A stretch of 51,716 nucleotides of DNA from Stellaceae bacterium (GTDB lineage: Bacteria > Pseudomonadota > Alphaproteobacteria > ATCC43930 > CGMCC-115725): the NCBI GenBank assembly GCA_036403035.1, contig DASWRT010000236.1, forward strand, positions 1 through 51,716. The letters run 5' to 3'. The notes beneath the pieces are model-generated. The model searched no databases and was not told the DNA's origin. It was given only the letters and a program-made list of their open reading frames with translations. A program made the position numbers and the translations under genes. How positions within the stretch are numbered: the stretch's first letter is position 1; each line of letters starts with the position of its first letter. This document shows positions 9,551 to 19,762 of the stretch, in pieces.

Positions 9551-10267
9551 ATGGAGAGTTTCGCACGCAAGATCCGCAAGGAGCCGCCGCCGACCGCCGC
9601 CGATGCTCAGGGCGTCCGCGCCGAGGCCAGGAACGATCAGCAGATCCGCAAGCACGATCCCGAGCGGACCAAGCAGGACATCCTGAAAGTCGCGACCGAG
9701 GAATTCGCCGAGCACGGGCTGAGCGGCGCGCGCGTCGACGCGATCGCGACCCGCATGCGCACGACCAAGCGCATGATCTACTACTATTTCGGCAGCAAGG
9801 AAGGGCTCTACGAGGCGGTGCTGGAGAAGTCCTACGCCGACATCCGCGCCGTCGAGACCGAACTCCGGCTCGACAGCCTGGAGCCGGAAGCGGCGATCCG
9901 GCGTCTGGTGGAGTTCACGTTCGACTACGACGAATCCCACCCGGACTTCATCCGGCTGGTGACGATCGAGAACATCCACCATGCCAAGCACCTTGCAGGA
10001 TCCCTCAAGATCCGCGACGTCAACGTCGCCGTCATCGAGACCCTTTCCGCGATCCTGGAGCGCGGCCGCAGGAGCGGCGTCTTCCGCGCCGACGTCGATC
10101 CGATCGACGTGCACATGATGATCAGCGCCTTCTGCTTCTTCCGCGTCTCGAACAAATCGACGTTCGGCGCGATCTTCGACCGCGACCTCTCCGCGCCCGA
10201 ACACCGCGAAAGGCATAAGCGGATGATCGGCGACGCCGTCGTCCGCCTGTTGAAGAAGGAAGCGTGA
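9551..10267 (+). CDS. TetR family transcriptional regulator
   Basis: TetR HTH TKQDILKVATEEFAEHGLSGARVDAIATRMRTTKRMIYYYFGSKEGLY. Confidence 0.85.
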   Translation: MESFARKIRKEPPPTAADAQGVRAEARNDQQIRKHDPERTKQDILKVATEEFAEHGLSGARVDAIATRMRTTKRMIYYYFGSKEGLYEAVLEKSYADIRAVETELRLDSLEPEAAIRRLVEFTFDYDESHPDFIRLVTIENIHHAKHLAGSLKIRDVNVAVIETLSAILERGRRSGVFRADVDPIDVHMMISAFCFFRVSNKSTFGAIFDRDLSAPEHRERHKRMIGDAVVRLLKKEA

Positions 10268-10338
10268 GGCAGCGGACGGCGGAGCGTCGATTTTTCACAA
10301 TCGGCGAGCAAGCGCGGAAATCACCATGCGTCGAGCTT

Positions 10339-10454
10339 GCCCCTGACGTAGGGGCGGCCCTCGGGCCGCCTCTCGCCGGATCTTCGATCCGGCTGGCGGC
10401 AGGCGGAACTATGTTCCGCCGAGAGCCCGCGGGCGGGGCAAGCCCCGCCCCTAC
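10339..10454. repeat. REP/MITE-like structured intergenic element (five consecutive GC-rich hairpins)
   Basis: The hairpins are gcccct/aggggc, ggcggccc/gggccgcc, ccggatc/gatccgg, ggcggaac/gttccgcc and gcgggg/ccccgc. The outer inverted repeat is gtaggggcgg (10349-10358) with ccgcccctac (10445-10454). Confidence 0.4.
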
Positions 10455-10491
10455 AATCAGGTAAAGCGCTCAAGATCCTGCCACCTTCGCC

Positions 10492-11358
10492 TCAACTGCC
10501 CCGTAGTTCGGCGAAATGGGCGAGCATCCGCTCGCTGTCGGGCTCGACGCCGGTGAACAGCCGGAACGCTTCGACCGCCTGGAATACGGCCATGCCGCCG
10601 CCGTCGAGCGTGCGCGCGCCGAGCGCGCGGGCGCGCTTCAGCAGCTCGGTCTCCAGCGGGAAATAGATGATCTCGGCGACCCAGAGGTCCGGGCGCAGCA
10701 GCTCCGGCGGCAGCGGCGTGCCGGGATATTTCTCCATGCCGACCGGCGTCGCGTTGATGATCCCGTCGGCCACCTCGACGGCGGCGGCGAGATCCCCGCC
10801 CGCGACCGCGCGGCCGGCGCCGAAGTGATCCGACAGGTTCGCCGCGAGATGCGCGGCGCGCTCGGCGTCCACGTCGAAGACCGTCAGTTGCCGGGCGCCC
10901 AGCTTCAAGGCGGCGTGCGCGACCGCCGATCCGGCACCGCCTGCGCCGAGCTGGACCACCCGGTCGCGCTTCACGTCGGCCATGTGGCGGCGGAACGGCT
11001 CGGCGAAGCCCATCCAGTCGGTGTTGTGGCCGATGCGCTTGCCGTCCCGCAGGACCACGGTGTTGACCGCGCCGAGCGCCCGCGCGTCGTCGGAGAGCTC
11101 GTGCAGCAGCGGGATCACCGCCTGCTTGCAGGGATGGGTGATATTGAGCCCGTTGAAGCCCATGCGCTCGGCGGCGGTCAGCAAATCCGGCAATGCCTCG
11201 ACGCCGAGGCCGAGGGCGGTGAGGTCGATCCGGCGATAGAGGTATCGGAACCCCTGCTCGTCGCCTTCGCGCTCGTGCATTGCCGGCGTCAGCGATCCCT
11301 GAATGCCGGCGCCGATCAGGCCGCAGAGAAAGGCCGGGCGGTTCGAACGGGTAATCAT
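10492..11358 (-). CDS. quinate/shikimate dehydrogenase (AroE/YdiB family)
   Basis: Starts at an internal ATG ([28 protein letters not shown]). Motifs include NITHPCK and the GAGGAG Rossmann motif. The start overlaps the aroQ stop as ATGA. Confidence 0.85.
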   Translation of the reverse strand: MITRSNRPAFLCGLIGAGIQGSLTPAMHEREGDEQGFRYLYRRIDLTALGLGVEALPDLLTAAERMGFNGLNITHPCKQAVIPLLHELSDDARALGAVNTVVLRDGKRIGHNTDWMGFAEPFRRHMADVKRDRVVQLGAGGAGSAVAHAALKLGARQLTVFDVDAERAAHLAANLSDHFGAGRAVAGGDLAAAVEVADGIINATPVGMEKYPGTPLPPELLRPDLWVAEIIYFPLETELLKRARALGARTLDGGGMAVFQAVEAFRLFTGVEPDSERMLAHFAELRGS

Positions 11359-11804
11359 GCCGCCTGCTCCCCGATCAGGTGTGCAAGGCGCTGGAGCGCG
11401 AGCGTGTAGCCCTGCGTGCCGAAGCCGCAGATCACGCCCTGCGCAACGCGCGAGACATAGGAGAAGTGCCGGAATTCCTCGCGGCGGTGGATGTTGGAGA
11501 TATGCACTTCGAGGATCGGGCAATGGCAAGCCGCCAGCGCATCCGCCACCGCGACCGAAGTATGGGAAAATCCGGCCGGGTTGATGATGATGCCGCCCGC
11601 TGCCTCGCGGGCCTCGTGAATCCAGTCGATCAGCAGGTACTCGGCGTTGGTCTGCCGGAAGTCGACGGCGAGACCCAGCGCGTCGCCGGCGCGCCGACAC
11701 GCCGCCTCCACATCCGCCAGCGTTTCGCGGCCGTAGATCTCCGGCTCGCGCTTGCCCAGAAGATTCAGGTTCGGTCCGTTGAGGATGAAGACGGTGCGCG
11801 TCAT
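11355..11804 (-). CDS. aroQ: type II 3-dehydroquinate dehydratase
   Basis: [31 protein letters not shown] and [12 protein letters not shown] are hallmark type II DHQase motifs. Confidence 0.9.
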   Translation of the reverse strand: MTRTVFILNGPNLNLLGKREPEIYGRETLADVEAACRRAGDALGLAVDFRQTNAEYLLIDWIHEAREAAGGIIINPAGFSHTSVAVADALAACHCPILEVHISNIHRREEFRHFSYVSRVAQGVICGFGTQGYTLALQRLAHLIGEQAA

Positions 11805-12154
11805 CGAGCGTTCCCTTCCCTCGAAATTCGTTCTTGATCCAAAACTAACTAACTGGTACGTTCACGTCAATAAGAAACATTTCACCATGACCGGGCAGCC
11901 CCTCCTCGTCGTAGACGGAGCCGGCGGCAGGATAGAGGAGGGAACATGCGCCTGAACCGGACGCTCCGATGCCGCTCCAACGGTGGCCTGTGCCGGCGCT
12001 CGGGCGCAGGGGCCATGCACCCCGGCGACTATCCGGGACTGTCGACGTTCCTTCCAGAAAAGCGGAGAAGCGGCCTACCGCGAACGCATGGCCGGCCGAG
12101 TGGCCGAAACTCTGCTCTGATCGCCCCCTGAGCCGCATCGCACCGGATGGAACA

Positions 12155-13777
12155 ATGAGTGGGAAAAGGACGACCCCGGACGCTGCGACGGTCACCGTAC
12201 GGCAGGCCGTATTCGATCTGCTCCGGGACGTCGGGATGACGACCGTATTCGGCAATCCGGGCTCGACGGAGCTGCCTTTCCTGAACGAATGGCCGGACGA
12301 TTTCCGCTACATCCTCGGCCTGCAGGAGGCTTCCGTCGTCGCGATGGCGGACGGCTATGCCCGCGCTACCGGAAACGCCGCGTTCTGCAACCTGCACTCG
12401 GCGGTCGGCATCGGCCACGCGCTCGGCAATGTCTTCACCGCCTTCCGCAATCAGACGCCGCTGGTCATCACGGCAGGCCAGCAAGTGCGCGGTCTATTGC
12501 CCATCCAGCCATTCCTCTGGGCCACCGACGCCCCCGAGTTCCCCAAGCCCTACGTGAAGTGGAGCTGCGAGCCCGCGCGGGCGGAGGATGTTCCGGCCGC
12601 CCTCGCACATGCCTACCACGTCGCCATGCAGCGGCCCTGCGGCCCGACGTTCGTCTCGATCCCGATCGACGACTGGGAGGCGCAGACCCGCCTTATGGCA
12701 TCGCGGGCCGTGAGCCGCGACGCGGCGCCGGACCCGCAAATGCTCGACGCGCTCGTCCGCGCCCTCGCGGCAGCCGAGCGCCCCGCCTTCGTGATCGGCC
12801 CGGAGGTGGACATGGAAGGCGCGGGCGAGGCGGCCGTCGCGCTCGCCGAGCGGTCGCGCGCAGCGGTCTGGGCTAGCCCGACCTCCAGTGCCGTGAGCTT
12901 TCCGGAAGACCATCCGCTCTTCGCCGGGTTCCTGCCGGCCGTGCCGGAGCCGGTGTCGAACACGCTTTCGGCGTACGACCTGATCGTCGTTTTGGGCGCG
13001 CCGGTCTTCACCTTTCACGTCGCCGGGGAATGCGCCCTGTTCCGGAGCGGCATTCCGCTCTTCCAGATCACCACGAACGGCGATTCCGCCGCTTCATCCC
13101 CCGTCGGGACCGCGATCGTGGCCAGCCTCCGGCTCGCCCTGACCCGGCTCGGCGAGCTGCTGCCTGCGACCGACCGGACGCCCCCTACGCGGCGCAAGCG
13201 CAAGGCGCAGCCGCCCGCTACCGACCCGATCCTCGTCGAGTTCCTGATGCACACGATCGACGTCACCCGCCCGGAGGACTCGATCGTGGTGGAGGAAGCG
13301 CCGTCGCACAGGCAGGCGGTGCATGATTACCTGCCGATGCGCACGTTCGGCAGCTTCTACACGATGACCAGCGGCGGTCTCGGCTACTCGCTGCCGGCCT
13401 CGGCCGGCGTGGCGCTCGCACGCCCCGGACGCCGGGTGATCTGCCTGATCGGCGACGGCTCGATGATGTACTCGGTCCAGGCTCTGTGGACCGCCGTGCA
13501 GCATGAGCTGCCCGTCACGGTCGTGGTCGTCAACAACGGCGGCTACGGCGCGATGCGGGCCTTCAGCCGGGTGCTCAACGTGACGAGCCCGCCTGGGATC
13601 GACCTGCCCGGGCTCGATTTCGTCAGCCTCGCCGCCGGGATGGGCTGTCGGGGCCGGCGCGTGACCAAGGCGGAGGATCTGCGGGCGGCACTGGAAGGAG
13701 CATTCCGGACAGCCGGGCCGAGCCTGATCGACGTCGCGGTCGATCCGACGATCCCGAAACTCTACGACGAGGGCTGA
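12155..13777 (+). CDS. mdlC: thiamine-diphosphate enzyme, benzoylformate decarboxylase-like
   Basis: TVFGNPGSTELPFLNEWPDDFRYILGLQEASVVAMADGYA closely parallels Pseudomonas MdlC. The ThDP motif is GDGSMMYSVQALWTAVQHELPVTVVVVNNGGYG. Confidence 0.8.
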   Translation: MSGKRTTPDAATVTVRQAVFDLLRDVGMTTVFGNPGSTELPFLNEWPDDFRYILGLQEASVVAMADGYARATGNAAFCNLHSAVGIGHALGNVFTAFRNQTPLVITAGQQVRGLLPIQPFLWATDAPEFPKPYVKWSCEPARAEDVPAALAHAYHVAMQRPCGPTFVSIPIDDWEAQTRLMASRAVSRDAAPDPQMLDALVRALAAAERPAFVIGPEVDMEGAGEAAVALAERSRAAVWASPTSSAVSFPEDHPLFAGFLPAVPEPVSNTLSAYDLIVVLGAPVFTFHVAGECALFRSGIPLFQITTNGDSAASSPVGTAIVASLRLALTRLGELLPATDRTPPTRRKRKAQPPATDPILVEFLMHTIDVTRPEDSIVVEEAPSHRQAVHDYLPMRTFGSFYTMTSGGLGYSLPASAGVALARPGRRVICLIGDGSMMYSVQALWTAVQHELPVTVVVVNNGGYGAMRAFSRVLNVTSPPGIDLPGLDFVSLAAGMGCRGRRVTKAEDLRAALEGAFRTAGPSLIDVAVDPTIPKLYDEG

Positions 13778-13910
13778 TTCCGTACGAACACCAGGAGGCG
13801 GCAACGACAAGGGAGGAAACGAATGTACGGCGAGTTTTTGCTCATCGGCGACCGTGACGCTCCCTCGTCCGGCGGCGCTGGGGCACACTGACGCGCGGCG
13901 ACAAAATCGC

Positions 13911-16153
<2,243 letters not shown>

Positions 16154-16156
16154 GCC

Positions 16157-16789
16157 ATGCCGCAGCCCGACACCTACCTGAAGGAAACCCCGTCGCAGAC
16201 GGCCGGACCCTACGTCCATATCGGCCTGATCCCGCATCAGGCGGGCTTCGACATCTTCGAGAAGAATTTCAGCCATGTCCTGGTGCGCCCCGAAACGAAG
16301 GGCGAGCGGATCCGCATCGAGGGCCGCGTCCTCGACGGCACGGGCGCCCCGACGCGGGACATCCTGCTGGAGATCTGGCAGGCGAATGCGGCGGGCCGGT
16401 ACAACCACCCGGCCGACCGCCAGGAAAACAAACCGATCGACGAGAGCTTCCGGGGCTGGGGCCGCACCGGCACGGACTTCGAAACCGGCCTCTACACCTT
16501 CGAGACGATCAAGCCCGGCCGCGTCGTCGGGCGGCACGGGCGGCGGCCGATGGCGCCGCACGTCAACTTCTGGATCGTGGCGCGCGGCATCAACATCGGG
16601 CTCAGCACCCGCATGTATTTCTCCGACGAGGCGGAAGCCAACGCCGAAGATCCCGTCCTCAACATCGTCGACCCGCCGGAGCGGCGCGCGACGCTGATCG
16701 CGCAGCGGCAGGAGCGCGGGAAGGAGGTCGTCTACACTTTCGACATCCGCCTCCAGGGTGAAGGCGAGACGGTGTTCTTCGACATCTGA
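16157..16789 (+). CDS. pcaG: protocatechuate 3,4-dioxygenase alpha subunit
   Basis: Starts 3 nt after pcaH. Motifs are IWQANAAGRYNH and APHVNFWI. Confidence 0.92.
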   Translation: MPQPDTYLKETPSQTAGPYVHIGLIPHQAGFDIFEKNFSHVLVRPETKGERIRIEGRVLDGTGAPTRDILLEIWQANAAGRYNHPADRQENKPIDESFRGWGRTGTDFETGLYTFETIKPGRVVGRHGRRPMAPHVNFWIVARGINIGLSTRMYFSDEAEANAEDPVLNIVDPPERRATLIAQRQERGKEVVYTFDIRLQGEGETVFFDI

Positions 16790-16866
16790 GCGCCGCAGCG
16801 CGCAGCGGCTGTCGGCGGCGGCGATGCGCGCAAGAACGAACGATGACGAAAATAGGAGAGGAAATC

Positions 16867-17703
16867 ATGTCTGACCCCTGCATCATCAGCGTCGCGATCA
16901 CCGGGTCGGTCCCGAAGAAGAAGGACAATCCGGCGGTGCCGGTCACCATTCCCGAACAGATCGAGTCGACGCACGAGGCCTACGAGGCCGGCGCCACGCT
17001 GTGCCACCTGCACGTGCGCGACGAGGAGGAGAAACCCAGTTCCGACGTGGACCGCTTCGCGGCGCTCCAAGAGGGCATCCGCAAGCACTGCCCGGACATG
17101 ATCATCCAGCTCTCGACGGGCGGGCGCGGGCGCGGCCTGGAGCAGCGCGGCGCCATGCTGGGCCTCAAGCCGGACATGGCCTCGCTGGCGACCGGGTCGT
17201 GCAACTTCCCGACCATCGTCTACGAGAACCCGCCGGACTTCGTGCGCGGCTTGGCCAAGCAGATGCAGGAGCTCGGCATCAAGCCGGAGATCGAGGTCTT
17301 CGACCTCGCCATGCTCTACAACACCGCCGACCTGGTGGCCGAAGGGCTGCTGGAGCCGAACACGCACGTGCAGTTCGTGATGGGCGTGCGCAACGCCCTG
17401 CCGGCGCGCCGCGAGATCCTGGAATTCGAGGTCGCGCAGCTCAAGAAGGTGCTGCCCCAGGCGACCTGGGTGGCGGCCGGCATCGGACGCCATCAGATCG
17501 AAGTGAACAACTGGACGCTGGAGATGGGCGGGCACTGCCGCACCGGCCTGGAGGACAATGTCCGCTGGGACAAGACGACGCTGGCGGAGAGCAACGCCCA
17601 GCTGGTCTCCCGCGTCGCGGACCTGTGCGCCCAATACGGACGGCCGGTCGCGACGGCGACGCAGGCGCGGGAGATCCTGGGGCTGCGCCCGGCGGCGGCC
17701 TGA
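16867..17703 (+). CDS. beta-keto acid cleavage enzyme (BKACE, 3-keto-5-aminohexanoate cleavage enzyme family)
   Basis: The ATG is preceded by GGAGAGG. The N-terminus is ISVAITGSVP and the metal site is CHLHVRD. The protein has the length of a TIM barrel. Confidence 0.85.
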   Translation: MSDPCIISVAITGSVPKKKDNPAVPVTIPEQIESTHEAYEAGATLCHLHVRDEEEKPSSDVDRFAALQEGIRKHCPDMIIQLSTGGRGRGLEQRGAMLGLKPDMASLATGSCNFPTIVYENPPDFVRGLAKQMQELGIKPEIEVFDLAMLYNTADLVAEGLLEPNTHVQFVMGVRNALPARREILEFEVAQLKKVLPQATWVAAGIGRHQIEVNNWTLEMGGHCRTGLEDNVRWDKTTLAESNAQLVSRVADLCAQYGRPVATATQAREILGLRPAAA

Positions 17704-17751
17704 CAGGATCGCCCGCCCCTTCTCCGCCCCTCCGTCCTCATGGAGCGAACC

Positions 17752-19656
17752 ATGCCCGACCTGCCGACGCCGCGGCCGAAATCCATCGCCACCGTCTCGC
17801 TGAGCGGGACGCTGCCGGAGAAGCTGGAAGCCGCCGCGGCGATCGGCTTCGACGGGGTGGAGATCTTCGAGAACGACCTGCTGACGTTCGACGGCTCGCC
17901 CGACGACGTCCGGCAGATCGCGGAGGGGTACGGGCTCGCCATCACGATCTTCCAGCCCTTCCGCGATTTCGAGGCGATGCCGGAACCGCAGCGCGCCCGC
18001 AACCTGGACCGCGCGGAACGCAAGTTCGACGTGATGCAGGCGCTCGGGACCGACCTTGTGTTGGTGTGCAGCAACGTGCAGCCGTCCGCGTTGAACGACG
18101 ATGCGCGGGCCGCCGCCGACCTCGCGGAGATGGCGGAGCGTGCGGCGCGGCGCGGGTTGCGTGTCGGCTACGAGGCGCTGGCCTGGGGCCGGCACGTCAA
18201 CCGGTGGGGCCATGCCTGGAAGATCGTGCAGGAGGCCGGCCACCCGGCGCTCGGACTGATCGTCGACAGCTTCCATACCCTGTCGCTGGACGACGATTTC
18301 TCCGGCATCGCCTCGGTACCGGCCGACAAGCTGTTCTTCGTGCAGCTTGCGGATGCGCCGCGGCTTGCGATGGACGTGCTGTCCTGGAGCCGCCATTTCC
18401 GCAACTTCCCCGGCCAGGGGCAGTTGCCGGTGACCGGGTTCCTGCGCGCTGTGCTCGCCTCCGGCTATGCGGGGCCGCTGTCGCTGGAGATCTTCAACGA
18501 CGAGTTTCGCGCCGCGCCGGCTCGCCTCACGGCGCGGGACGGGCTGCGCTCCCTGATCTTCGCCGAGGCGGAGGCCGGCGGCGCCGACCTGCCCCCGCCG
18601 CCGACGTTCGACGGGTTCGAGTTCCTGGAATTCGCGGTCGACGAAACGGCGGGAGCGGAGCTGGCCGGCTTCCTCGGACGGCTCGGCTTCCATCGGGCCG
18701 GGCGGCACCGGTCCAAGGATGTCGACCTCTACCGGCAGGGGCGGATCAACCTCGTGCTCAATAAGGAGCCGGACAGCGCGGCGTCAGAGCATTTCCAGCT
18801 TCACGGACCGTCGGTCTGCGCGATGGCGCTGCGGGTCGACGATGCGGGGCGCGCCATCGACCGCGCCAAGGCTCTGCTCGTTCCGGAGTGGCGGGAGCGC
18901 GTCGGCGAAGGCGAGCGCCGCATCCCCTCGGTCCGCGCGCCGGACGGGACGCTGATCTATCTCGTGCAGCCCGATCCCTCCGGCCGCAGCATCTACGAGG
19001 ACGATTTCGACCTGTCGGAGCCGCCAGCCGGTGAAACGCCGGTCCTGGACTGTATCGACCATGTCGTGCAGGCCCTGCCGTACGGGCGGATGGACAGTTT
19101 CGTGCTGTTCTACCGCGCGCTGTTCGGCTTCCTGCCCGAGCAGCTTTGGGAGCTGCCGGACCCCTACGGCCTGATCCGCAGCCGGGCGATGGTCAGCCGG
19201 GACCGCACCGTGCGCCTGCCGCTCAACATCTCGGAGAGCCGCCGGACGGCGACGGGCCGCTTCGTCTCGGCCTATGCCGGCGCAGGCGTGCAGCAGATCG
19301 CCTTCGCGGCGGCCGGCGATACCGCGCGGGCGGCGGCCGCCGTCGCGGGTCTCGGCGCCGACATGGTCCCGATCTCCGCGAACTACTACGACGACCTCGG
19401 CGCGCGGCACGGCAGCCTGGACGACGCGGCGCTTGCCGAGTTGCAGCGGCTGAACCTGCTCTATGACCGGGACGAGGGCGGCGGCGAGTTCGTCCACGCC
19501 TACACCGGCAGCTTCGACGGCCGGTTTCACTTCGAGATCGTGCAGCGCCGCGGCGGCTATCGGCAGTTCGGAGCGGCGAACGCCGGCGTGCGGATGGCGG
19601 CGCAAGCCCAGCAACGGGAAGACGAGCATCTCGCCGTCCGGCTGGAGACGCACTGA
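17752..19656 (+). CDS. quiC: 3-dehydroshikimate dehydratase, fused xylose-isomerase-like TIM barrel + HPPD/VOC-like domain
   Basis: The N-terminal sugar-phosphate isomerase/epimerase-like domain contains GFDGVEIFENDL. The C-terminal dioxygenase-like domain contains FEFLEFAV and HFEIVQRRGGY. An alternative ATG is at 17740. Confidence 0.8.
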   Translation: MPDLPTPRPKSIATVSLSGTLPEKLEAAAAIGFDGVEIFENDLLTFDGSPDDVRQIAEGYGLAITIFQPFRDFEAMPEPQRARNLDRAERKFDVMQALGTDLVLVCSNVQPSALNDDARAAADLAEMAERAARRGLRVGYEALAWGRHVNRWGHAWKIVQEAGHPALGLIVDSFHTLSLDDDFSGIASVPADKLFFVQLADAPRLAMDVLSWSRHFRNFPGQGQLPVTGFLRAVLASGYAGPLSLEIFNDEFRAAPARLTARDGLRSLIFAEAEAGGADLPPPPTFDGFEFLEFAVDETAGAELAGFLGRLGFHRAGRHRSKDVDLYRQGRINLVLNKEPDSAASEHFQLHGPSVCAMALRVDDAGRAIDRAKALLVPEWRERVGEGERRIPSVRAPDGTLIYLVQPDPSGRSIYEDDFDLSEPPAGETPVLDCIDHVVQALPYGRMDSFVLFYRALFGFLPEQLWELPDPYGLIRSRAMVSRDRTVRLPLNISESRRTATGRFVSAYAGAGVQQIAFAAAGDTARAAAAVAGLGADMVPISANYYDDLGARHGSLDDAALAELQRLNLLYDRDEGGGEFVHAYTGSFDGRFHFEIVQRRGGYRQFGAANAGVRMAAQAQQREDEHLAVRLETH

Positions 19657-19672
19657 GGCGCAGGTACAGAAG

Positions 19673-19698
19673 CCCTCCCCCGCCGCGTGCGAGGGAGG
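19673..19698. terminator. hairpin between convergent quiC and phaC (possible bidirectional terminator)
   Basis: ccctccc (19673-19679) pairs with gggaggg (19692-19698). No clear U-tract on either strand. Confidence 0.3.
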
Positions 19699-19762
19699 GT
19701 TGGGTGGGGACATCCGGCGCCGAGATCAGGACCGAGATTAGGACTACGCCTCGTCCCCTCGC

